Assembly (NCBI GenBank): GCA_031394255.1
Contig: JANMXA010000042.1
Span: 157,991 to 221,990, forward strand
Origin: Gemmatimonadota bacterium
Lineage (GTDB): Bacteria; Gemmatimonadota; Gemmatimonadetes; Gemmatimonadales; GWC2-71-9
DNA: 64,000 nucleotides
Reading direction: 5' to 3'
The notes under the pieces are model-generated. The model made no database searches. It saw only the letters and a program-made list of their open reading frames with translations, and was not told the origin of the DNA. Below are positions 34,918-42,681 of the stretch, piece after piece. Positions within the stretch are counted from its first letter, which is position 1. Each line of letters starts with the position of its first letter. The translations under genes and the position numbers were made by a program.

Positions 34918-35870
34918 GCCGGTCCGGGGCGAACGGGACGGCCCTTGAGCAGGCTCTCCCAACTGGGCCTCGGCGTGGCCAGCGGCGCTTTAGCGAGGCG
35001 GATCGCCATGTCGGCCATTGCCTTGACGACCCACTCGAAATGGGTCGGCGTCAGTGAATGGATATCCATGTCGGGGGCCGGGTTCATGAAGTCGATCGCG
35101 TAGGGAATGCCGTCCCGGATCGCCCATTCGATCGAGTTCATGTCGTATCCAAGCGCCCGAACCAGCGTCAGCGAGTCGGCCACCACGCGATCGTGCAGCG
35201 GTTTCGGGAGGAAGTCGAGTTCAGTGTGGTATTTCCGGGCCTTGGGATCGTACTTGATCGGGTAGATGACCTCCTGCCCAATACACAGGCAGCGAACGAA
35301 CTCATCCCATTCGATGAACTCCTGCACGATCATCGTGAGCAGCCCGGACCGGTCGTAGTTGTACAGCAGTTCCTCGAGGCTGCGGCAGACGTAGACTTCC
35401 TTCCAGCCGCCGCCGTGGGCGTCCTTGAGAATGCAGGGCAGCCCCACATGGTCCACGATCGCCTGCCAATCGAGCGGAAACTCGAGGTTCCGGAGGCTCT
35501 CCGTGTGGACGATGCCGGGGACGTATTCCTTGTTCGGCACCACGACCGTCTTCGGACTCGCGAGGCCGAGCGAGGTGGCCAGCGTCGCGCCGAAAAACTT
35601 GTCGTCCGCCGTCCACATGAAGGGATTGTTGACGACCGTGGCGCCCTGCAGGGCGGCGTGCTTGAGGAAGGTCCGGTAGAACGGGACCTCGTGAGAGATC
35701 CGGTCAATGATGACCCGGTATTTCGGCGGATCGTCCATGTGCGGAGCGCCGATTTTCACGAACTCGGCCACCACGCCTTCGTTGCGGCTGTTGACCTCCT
35801 CGATGAACGCCGGGGGCCAGCTCCATTCCCGGCCAACGATCAGCCCGACTTTCTTGATATCCGATGCCAT
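34914..35870 (-). CDS. ATP-grasp domain protein (RimK-like fold)
   Basis: LPCILKDAHGGGWKEVYVCRS, IVQEFIEWDEFVRCLCIG, AIDFMNPAPD. First gene of the operon. Confidence 0.8.
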   Translation of the reverse strand: MASDIKKVGLIVGREWSWPPAFIEEVNSRNEGVVAEFVKIGAPHMDDPPKYRVIIDRISHEVPFYRTFLKHAALQGATVVNNPFMWTADDKFFGATLATSLGLASPKTVVVPNKEYVPGIVHTESLRNLEFPLDWQAIVDHVGLPCILKDAHGGGWKEVYVCRSLEELLYNYDRSGLLTMIVQEFIEWDEFVRCLCIGQEVIYPIKYDPKARKYHTELDFLPKPLHDRVVADSLTLVRALGYDMNSIEWAIRDGIPYAIDFMNPAPDMDIHSLTPTHFEWVVKAMADMAIRLAKAPLATPRPSWESLLKGRPVRPGPA

Positions 35871-35989
35871 GGGTCACCTGACTTGGAGAGGAGCGGCCAA
35901 TGCTGCGTCCAGCGCGAATTTACGCCAACCCGGCCTGACCGGGAAGCGGGTCAGTCGGCTCGATTCGGCACCGATCAGAACCCGGTCTG

Positions 35990-36814
35990 TTATCGAGGGG
36001 GCTGCCCGACGACAAACGGCAGGGCACGGCTGACTCGGCGTCCCCATGTTTCTTCATTGTGGGCGCCGAATTCATCCTCGACGTAGTCGAGATCAACGCC
36101 GGGGACCATGCCGTCAGCCAATAGATGATCGCGGAGGCGCCGGACATCTTCGATGGCGTTGGTCGGTTCGTCGAGGCCGATGTCGAGGTACAGGCGGCGG
36201 GCCAGTCGGGTCCGGGTGGTGGTCAGGAAATCCAGCACGGCCTTGCGCCCGAACCATACCGACGGGCTCAATACCCCGGCCGCGCCGAAAATGTCGGGGT
36301 GCCGATAGAGGCCATACAGGCTGATCAGGCCCCCCATCGACGAGCCCGCAATCGAGGTTCCCTCCCGTCCGGGCAGCGTCCGGAAGTCCCGGTCGATCAT
36401 CGGCTTCAGGGTCTCGGTGACGAACCGCAGGTACCGATCGCCGCCGCCACCACCGCGTCTCGGTTGGGGAAACGGGCTGTACTCGTAGAGTCGGTGGCGC
36501 CCCGCGTTGGCGATCCCGACGACCATGGCTTCAACCCCCCGGGCAGCCAACGCCGCCAGGGTCCCCGTGAGACGCCAGTCTCCGGCAAAGGCGGTGGCAG
36601 GGTCGAAGAGGTTCTGCCCGTCCTGCATATAGACTACGGGGTAGCGACGGCTCCCGGTGTCATAGGAGATCGGTAACGCCACGACGATATCCCGGAAATT
36701 CCGCAACTCAGGGCTCAGCACCCTTCGGCGAATGACCAACGGGATCGGGGCCGAGCCGGCGGACTGGTAGGGTTCCCAGGTCGCGGCAATGGCGTGGCGT
36801 CGGGAGTGGGGCAT
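35990..36814 (-). CDS. Putative esterase family alpha/beta hydrolase (Fes/IroE/esterase D-like)
   Basis: Trimmed to MPHSRRHAIAATWEPY. YPVVYMQDGQNLFD, nucleophile elbow IAGSSMGG, ...GAHNE. Confidence 0.8.
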   Translation of the reverse strand: MPHSRRHAIAATWEPYQSAGSAPIPLVIRRRVLSPELRNFRDIVVALPISYDTGSRRYPVVYMQDGQNLFDPATAFAGDWRLTGTLAALAARGVEAMVVGIANAGRHRLYEYSPFPQPRRGGGGGDRYLRFVTETLKPMIDRDFRTLPGREGTSIAGSSMGGLISLYGLYRHPDIFGAAGVLSPSVWFGRKAVLDFLTTTRTRLARRLYLDIGLDEPTNAIEDVRRLRDHLLADGMVPGVDLDYVEDEFGAHNEETWGRRVSRALPFVVGQPPR

Positions 36815-36906
36815 CGGTTGGCCGGTCAATCTAGTCGGGCAGGGCCGCGGTTGTTCCCGACGGCTCCTTCCCGTATTCTCTTCGCTACCTTCTGGGGAGT
36901 GCTGCC

Positions 36907-37557
36907 ATGATCCGTCGATTCGTCCCGGCTGCGGCCATTCTGATGGTGCTGGCGCCGGGGGTGGCATTGGGGCAAAAGACCGGTGTGGCTGTTACGCCGT
37001 TCTTCGGCCTGACGGTCCCCGGCAAATTGCTGCTGCTGCGACCCGGCCTGGATCCGGCGGTTCACGCGGAGAAACAGGCGGTACTGGGCGTGATCGGCGG
37101 CCGGATCAATATCGGCCTTACCCAGTCGCTCGAGTTCCAGGGGGATCTGGGATACGGCTCCAGCGGGCTCAAAGTGGCGAGCCTGGCTGCGCCGTCGGGC
37201 ACCAAAGCCAGCGTCCTCACGATGAGCGGCGAGCTGGTCTACCGAAACAAGCCAGCGGTCGAACCGTTCTCCCTGACCCTGCATGGTGGTATTGGCGCGG
37301 TTCACCGCTCGTTCTCCGAGAACACCGGGACGATGACGGCGCTCCGGCCCAAGACCAGTATCGGGGCTGTCCTCGGCGCGGGCTTCAATTTCCGGGCATC
37401 CCGCCGGGCGGCGGTCGTGGTCGGAATCGACGATTTTATCTACAATGCCAGCTTCAACCTGGGCACCGGTACTCAGAGCGCTGGTACCACTCAGGCGCTC
37501 ACCCAGAATGACGTACGAATAACTCTGGGCTTCCGGGTGTCGATCGCAGGCCAATGA
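36907..37557 (+). CDS. Outer-membrane beta-barrel protein (OmpW/porin-family-like)
   Basis: Signal peptide MIRRFVPAAAILMVLAPGVALGQ. Alternating hydrophobic beta-strand pattern. Function unassigned. Confidence 0.65.
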   Translation: MIRRFVPAAAILMVLAPGVALGQKTGVAVTPFFGLTVPGKLLLLRPGLDPAVHAEKQAVLGVIGGRINIGLTQSLEFQGDLGYGSSGLKVASLAAPSGTKASVLTMSGELVYRNKPAVEPFSLTLHGGIGAVHRSFSENTGTMTALRPKTSIGAVLGAGFNFRASRRAAVVVGIDDFIYNASFNLGTGTQSAGTTQALTQNDVRITLGFRVSIAGQ

Positions 37558-37582
37558 CACGGCAGGCTCCTGGAACAGAAAG

Positions 37583-37603
37583 GGGCCCCGACCATCGGGG
37601 CCC
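37583..37603. terminator. Hairpin between the convergent OMP and TonB-receptor genes
   Basis: GGGCCCCGA-CCA-TCGGGGCCC, a 9-bp GC stem, with a short T-containing tail GTTGCTT. Confidence 0.55.
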
Positions 37604-37630
37604 GTTGCTTCATTCAGTCCAGTCGATCGC

Positions 37631-40171
37631 CTAGAAGCGGGTCGTCAACCCGGCCAGGATCCGGCGGCCGTTCACCGAGCCACCGTAGATCGAATACCGC
37701 TGCTGGTCGAAAATGTTGTTCCCGGTTGCGTAGATCCGCAGGCGGTTGCTGACTGCGTAGGCGATGTTGGCGTCCACCGTTGTCTGCGGTTCGATCCACC
37801 CCGCAAACACGCCCGCCGCCCAGTCGAACCCCTGGGCAGACCGCAAGGTCACCCCGGCGTCGAAGCCCTTCCGGCCGGCGTAGGTGAGCGAAACGTTCCC
37901 TTTCGCTCGGGGCGTGTTCGGCAGGAGCTGGTCTCCGGCGAGCTGCTCCTTGATGTCGAAACGGAAGAACGACAGTGAGCCGTCCGCCCGGATCCCGGGC
38001 GAGAACTGGTATCCAGCCCCGACTTCGACGCCGTACTGGGTGGCCTTGCCGGCGTTGGCATACGAAAGGACGATGGCCGATCTGCCGTTCTCGAGCCGGG
38101 TCAGACCCCGCCCGGCCGTGGTCGTCGCCGGGTTGCCAAGGAGAGCGGAACGGATCGCGCCTTCGACGGCACCCCGAGCCGCGGCCGGTACCGCCGCCGG
38201 CGCGGTCCACTTCGGGAACGCGGGGTTGACGCCCGGCAACAAATCGGTGACGAAGTTCGTCAACGTGTTCAGGTAGCCGTCGACCGTGACGTAGAACTTG
38301 CTCGTCAGATCGCCGCGATAGCCGAGCTCGAGACCGGTGTTCTTCTCGACCTGCAGGCTGCTGTTACCGCGGGCCCGAACCGGTACCGCCGCACTGTTGT
38401 CGAACAGCGTCCCGACCGGCACAGCGCCGAGGAGCGGGCCGAGGGATGCATTGGCACGGAGAGCGGCTTCGAGGGCGGTGAAATTTGCTGGTGCACCGGC
38501 GGCGACATTGAGGAAGAATTCGGAATAGTTCGGCGTCTGGAACGCCTTGTTGAGCGTCAGGCGGATCGAGTGATGATCGTTCGGCGCAAAGACCAAGGCC
38601 GCCTTCGGTGAGAACTGGGCGTCGATCAATCCGCCGAGATCGAATCGCGCGGCCGCGACGGCCTTGAGTTTGTCGCTAAACTTGTATTCCAGCTGGCTGA
38701 ACGCCGCATAGTAGTTGTCGGAGCGGTCGTCGTTGCCGGACCCGATCAGAGTCCGCTGGGTATTGACGCTGTAGTTCCGGAAGGAGGCACCGAGGACGAA
38801 CCGACCGCGGTCGTCGCCGAACTTGTTGCTTTGCTGACCCTCGAAATGGAAGACGTTCGACCGTTCCTCGAGGCCGGCGCCCGAGGCCAGCGAGTACTGC
38901 GGTTCTCTGGTGTCCCGGCCATTCCAGTAGGCCATCAGGTTGTAGTTCCGGGCGGCGTAATTGAAGCGGGCATAGGGGCGGACCGACTTGGTAATCTGGA
39001 CTCGGCCGATGCCGGTGACGGCGATCTCATTTTCCGCCTGGGCCCCGCCGACCTCGGCCGTGGCCACGGCGCCATTGTCGGTGTAGTAATCGACCCGGGC
39101 CGACCCATACATGTTCCTGATCGGATCACGGTCACCGAGTGCGGCCCCGGTGCCCGGGTCGATGGACTGTCCGTTCAATGCCCGGAGCTCACGCCGGGCA
39201 CAACTCGAGCAGCTCGGCCGGAACGCCAGCGAATCCGATGCCGCCATGTACTCGGACCTGAGTCCGGTACCATCGAGCAGGGTCCGCGAGCGGGACCAGG
39301 TGTCGCTGCGGTAGTAACCGGCATTCAATCGGTACCCGATCCGTCCGGCCCATAGGAGGCCGGCATGGCGGAGGTCGCCCTTGATCGTCGAAAGTTCACC
39401 GCCGCCCAGACTCAGTTTGGTGCCGACCACCTCGCGGGCCGACGGCGTCTTGATGTTGAGAACCCCCGCATAGGCGTTGGCCCCGTAGAGTGCGGACCCC
39501 GGCCCCCGGACGAATTCCATGGCGGAGATGTCCTCCGTGGGCACGGGAAGGGAGGTCCATTCCTGATTGCCGAGGAACGCGGTCGCGACGTCGCGGCCGT
39601 CGACCAGAACCAGGACGCGGCGATTGAGCGACGAGTTGAATCCCCGGGCGTTGACGTTGAAGTCGTTGACCCCGCTCTGGGCGAGATCGACACCGGGGAC
39701 ATTGGCGAGAGCAAGCGGAGCTTGCCCTGTGATCGATGTGGACTGCAGAATCCGCGGATCGACTACCGTGACGGCGGCCGGCGCCTCGACGGCTCGTTCA
39801 GGCACTTTCGAGGCGCTTTCGACGATCAGATCATTGAGCGCGACGGGTTGGGACTCCATCCGGGCGTCCGCCGTCACTGTACTACCGGCGATGACGGTCA
39901 CGGTGACCTCGGTCGGTTTGTAACCAAGCCAGCGGAACACCAGTGTCCGTGGCCCGGCAGGAACGCGTTCGATCGTGTACTTGCCGTTGGTATTGGTGTT
40001 GGCCCGGGTGCCAACGCCCCGGACAGCGACAACGACGCCGGCGAGCGGGGCGCCGTCGTCGGCGCGGGTCACGGTCCCCCGAATGACCCCGGTTCCCTGA
40101 GCGGCCGCTCGAGGCACGACGCACGCCAGGCAAAGGCCTGCCACCACGCCAGGCGAACGCAGCAAACGCAT
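37631..40171 (-). CDS. TonB-dependent receptor with an N-terminal carboxypeptidase-regulatory-like domain
   Basis: Trimmed to MRLLRSPGVVAGLCLACVVPRAAAQ. GVIRGTVTRADDGAPLAGVVVAVRG (CarboxypepD_reg), plug region with DGRDV / GPGSALYGANA, long beta-barrel, terminal ...LTTRF. Confidence 0.9.
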   Translation of the reverse strand: MRLLRSPGVVAGLCLACVVPRAAAQGTGVIRGTVTRADDGAPLAGVVVAVRGVGTRANTNTNGKYTIERVPAGPRTLVFRWLGYKPTEVTVTVIAGSTVTADARMESQPVALNDLIVESASKVPERAVEAPAAVTVVDPRILQSTSITGQAPLALANVPGVDLAQSGVNDFNVNARGFNSSLNRRVLVLVDGRDVATAFLGNQEWTSLPVPTEDISAMEFVRGPGSALYGANAYAGVLNIKTPSAREVVGTKLSLGGGELSTIKGDLRHAGLLWAGRIGYRLNAGYYRSDTWSRSRTLLDGTGLRSEYMAASDSLAFRPSCSSCARRELRALNGQSIDPGTGAALGDRDPIRNMYGSARVDYYTDNGAVATAEVGGAQAENEIAVTGIGRVQITKSVRPYARFNYAARNYNLMAYWNGRDTREPQYSLASGAGLEERSNVFHFEGQQSNKFGDDRGRFVLGASFRNYSVNTQRTLIGSGNDDRSDNYYAAFSQLEYKFSDKLKAVAAARFDLGGLIDAQFSPKAALVFAPNDHHSIRLTLNKAFQTPNYSEFFLNVAAGAPANFTALEAALRANASLGPLLGAVPVGTLFDNSAAVPVRARGNSSLQVEKNTGLELGYRGDLTSKFYVTVDGYLNTLTNFVTDLLPGVNPAFPKWTAPAAVPAAARGAVEGAIRSALLGNPATTTAGRGLTRLENGRSAIVLSYANAGKATQYGVEVGAGYQFSPGIRADGSLSFFRFDIKEQLAGDQLLPNTPRAKGNVSLTYAGRKGFDAGVTLRSAQGFDWAAGVFAGWIEPQTTVDANIAYAVSNRLRIYATGNNIFDQQRYSIYGGSVNGRRILAGLTTRF

Positions 40172-40317
40172 CCTGACCTCAACCTTCTCGATGGGAACGT
40201 CCTTGGCGGGTCGTGACCCCGCGGGACCCTGCCCCGGGCCAGTGCAGGGCTCATGGCTTTGCACACCCGCGTCGGGCGAAGAAAGTGCATCCCGGATCGG
40301 GGGGAGGCAAGAGGTTG

Positions 40318-41505
40318 CTACCGGTCGAGCGCCACCCTGGTCACCTCGACCCGCTCCGTCGTTCCGATGGCACCGGCGGTGCCGGTGTAGGCGATCCAGA
40401 GGTCATTGCCGACGATGGCGGTGCGGGGGAATCCGGCATTGCGAACCCGACTGATCCGGGCCACGCGCCGGGCCGGACCGGGACCTTGAGGCCCGATGGT
40501 TCGAACCATCCAGCTCGCCTCATCGGCCTCGGTTTCGAGCCACACGAGCACTCCTCGGCCCGGTCCGGTCACCTGAAAATGAACCCGGCCGAGCGTATGA
40601 CCGTTGTCAGCCCTCACCGGGTCGCCGAACGTGGCGCCGCCATCTTTGGAGAAGGCGACCTTGACCGCCGGGTCGCCGCCGGCCCCGGTGAACCAGGCGA
40701 TACCGACGTCGCTCCCAATCGCGGAGACCGAAGGCCCGTTGACGGGACAGGCTTTCCATACCCAGTGATCGTTGGCCACCACCCGCGGGGCGGTCCACCG
40801 GCCGTTGATTTCCCGGACCACGGCGATGTCGCGGACCTCGTCGGCCGATCGGTCGCGATAGGCCGCGATGAGTCCGTTTCCTGTCCGGGCCATCGACACC
40901 TGGCAGCATTCGCAGGTTCGGGCATCCAGCACTTGCTCGCCATCGACCCGGCCGTTGGTCCGGAGCACCGCCGTGCGAACGGACATCGCCCCCCCGGAAT
41001 CCACCATCTGGCGACCATCGAGCCAGGCCATCGCGACCGTTCCGTCCTCCCGCGGCACCATCGATACGAACCCGTGTTCGGTCGGGGTTCCGTCGCGATT
41101 GACGGTGATGGGCGGCGTCCAGGTCCGGCCCCGGTCCTTCGACGTGGCCAGCCGGATGTCGTAGGCGTACGACTTGGCGGCGCTCTTCTCGAGCCAGTGA
41201 ACGACCCAGGTACCGCGACTTGTCTCGAGGATGGATGGAAAGTCGGCCCAGTTGACGAACAGGCGGTCGCTTTCCACGGCGGTGACCGGCTCTGACCATC
41301 GGCCGTTGTCCGTGGCGGCGACTCGCAGGGCGAACCGATGGTTTGGCCGCGGTTCGAACCAGCTCAGGAGCAGCTCGCCACGCGGGGTCCGGGTCAGAAA
41401 CGGCTTCGAGCTGCCGGGAGGCCCGCTCCATTCCGAGGGTGAAGTCCCGGCGGGCCGCGCGGCGGCGGTGAAACCCAGCAGCACAACAAGTAGGAGGGGG
41501 CGCAT
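40318..41505 (-). CDS. Secreted BNR/sialidase-fold beta-propeller protein with a CxCC motif
   Basis: Trimmed to MRPLLLVVLLGFTAAARPAG. BNR (Asp-box) repeats SKDRGRTW and SKDGGATF. TCECCQ and ACPVNGP cysteine motifs. Confidence 0.8.
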   Translation of the reverse strand: MRPLLLVVLLGFTAAARPAGTSPSEWSGPPGSSKPFLTRTPRGELLLSWFEPRPNHRFALRVAATDNGRWSEPVTAVESDRLFVNWADFPSILETSRGTWVVHWLEKSAAKSYAYDIRLATSKDRGRTWTPPITVNRDGTPTEHGFVSMVPREDGTVAMAWLDGRQMVDSGGAMSVRTAVLRTNGRVDGEQVLDARTCECCQVSMARTGNGLIAAYRDRSADEVRDIAVVREINGRWTAPRVVANDHWVWKACPVNGPSVSAIGSDVGIAWFTGAGGDPAVKVAFSKDGGATFGDPVRADNGHTLGRVHFQVTGPGRGVLVWLETEADEASWMVRTIGPQGPGPARRVARISRVRNAGFPRTAIVGNDLWIAYTGTAGAIGTTERVEVTRVALDR

Positions 41506-41528
41506 CTTGGAAATATGCCGCTCCAGGC

Positions 41529-41993
41529 TCAATCGGCCACTCGGCCGTCCAGCGCCCGGGTCAGGACCGCGGCATTGGGCCACCGGGTCCGGCTTCGGGC
41601 CAGGTCGGCGAGGGTCGTCCTCCGGAAGAACCGGACGATCCGTTCGCCAATCGCCTTCCACCCTTCATGCGCCGCGCACGGCTGGCGGTCGTTACAGACC
41701 GATTGACCCAACAGGCACCGCCGGGTCTCGGCGAAATGTTCGAAGGGCTCAACCACGTCGTACAGCGTGAGATTCGCAGCGGGCCGGGCCAACCGGAATC
41801 CGCCGTGTTTACCCCGGACCGATTCCAGCACGCCGGCGCGCACCAGCTGCGACAGGGTCTTCGAGAGGTAGTTGCGGGGAATGCCCAGGGCTTTGGCCAG
41901 GACCGCCACGTCGAGCGGGCCTGGCTCGGCATGCCGGGCCAGCAGGGTGGCCGCGCGGAGCGCGTACTCGGAGGTCTGCGAGAGGATTGCCAT
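41529..41993 (-). CDS. Rrf2-family transcriptional regulator with a Cys3(His) cluster-binding motif (IscR/NsrR-like)
   Basis: MAILSQTSEYALRAATLLA... HTH. CLLGQSVCNDRQPCAAH (C-x6-C-x5-C-x2-H). Confidence 0.9.
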   Translation of the reverse strand: MAILSQTSEYALRAATLLARHAEPGPLDVAVLAKALGIPRNYLSKTLSQLVRAGVLESVRGKHGGFRLARPAANLTLYDVVEPFEHFAETRRCLLGQSVCNDRQPCAAHEGWKAIGERIVRFFRRTTLADLARSRTRWPNAAVLTRALDGRVAD

Positions 41994-42008
41994 AAATCAG
42001 ATAAGGCC

Positions 42009-42052
42009 ATGATAATATGTGTTTTAAGTAGCGCAACCTGTTGCCCTGCAAC
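42009..42052. promoter_or_regulatory. Candidate Rrf2 promoter and an overlapping GCAAC/GTTGC half-site array in the Rrf2 / nos divergent region
   Basis: Minus strand: TTGCGC (42036-42031), 16 nt, TATCAT (42014-42009). Plus strand: GCAAC-CT-GTTGC-CCT-GCAAC at 42033-42052 (two overlapping palindromes). AT-rich surroundings. Confidence 0.35.
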
Positions 42053-42161
42053 ATTAATGAAGACTCTATCATCGGCGCTTCACGGTCGTTAGTTCGCCAA
42101 AACGGTAGCCTCCACCGTGAGTTTCACGCGGTTGCGAACCCACAACGATCCGGGAGTCGGC

Positions 42162-42659
42162 ATGCGGGCATTGTCTGGGCGGGAACGGCTGGTGGCGCTG
42201 GTGGTCCTCCTAGCCGCGTGCGGCGGCGGGAAGCCGGGTGATGGGGGGCCGGCGGCGCCGCCGGCGGCATCTGGTGCGGCCGGGGGAGGCGACCTCAGCC
42301 CGTTCGAGCTGGAGCATGGCATCGGGCCGGTCAAGGACGTCGTGACCCTCGGCCCGCTCGACCAAGCGTTGCTGGCGAAGGGAACCGAGGTGTTCAAGGG
42401 GAAATGCACCGCCTGCCACAAGATGGCCGAAAAGTATGTCGGGCCGGCTTTGGGCGAGGTGATGACCCGTCGGACGCCGACCTACGTCATGAACATGATT
42501 CTGAATCCCAACGAAATGGTCGAGCGTCACCCGATCGCGAAACAACTGCTGGCCGAGCACATGACGATGATGGCCAACCAGGGGTTGTCGGTCGACGATG
42601 CCCGGGCGGTTGTCGAGTACTTGCGGACCCAGGCAAAGGGTACCGTCAAAACGAAGTGA
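42162..42659 (+). CDS. Monohaem c-type cytochrome lipoprotein (clade II nos-cluster cytochrome c)
   Basis: ORF from GTG 42117. More likely starts at the ATG at 42162, giving MRALSGRERLVALVVLLAACGG (lipobox). Haem motif CTACHKM, distal Met-rich region. Confidence 0.85.
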   Translation: MRALSGRERLVALVVLLAACGGGKPGDGGPAAPPAASGAAGGGDLSPFELEHGIGPVKDVVTLGPLDQALLAKGTEVFKGKCTACHKMAEKYVGPALGEVMTRRTPTYVMNMILNPNEMVERHPIAKQLLAEHMTMMANQGLSVDDARAVVEYLRTQAKGTVKTK

Positions 42660-42681
42660 ACCACCGAGGAGGGTAGTCGCG

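Noticed and set aside
40172-40317. Cobalamin riboswitch in the leader of the TonB-dependent receptor.
   Set aside because: The 146-nt leader is short for this riboswitch class, and I could not find a convincing B12 box. It has only a short CCCTGC/GCAGGG hairpin.
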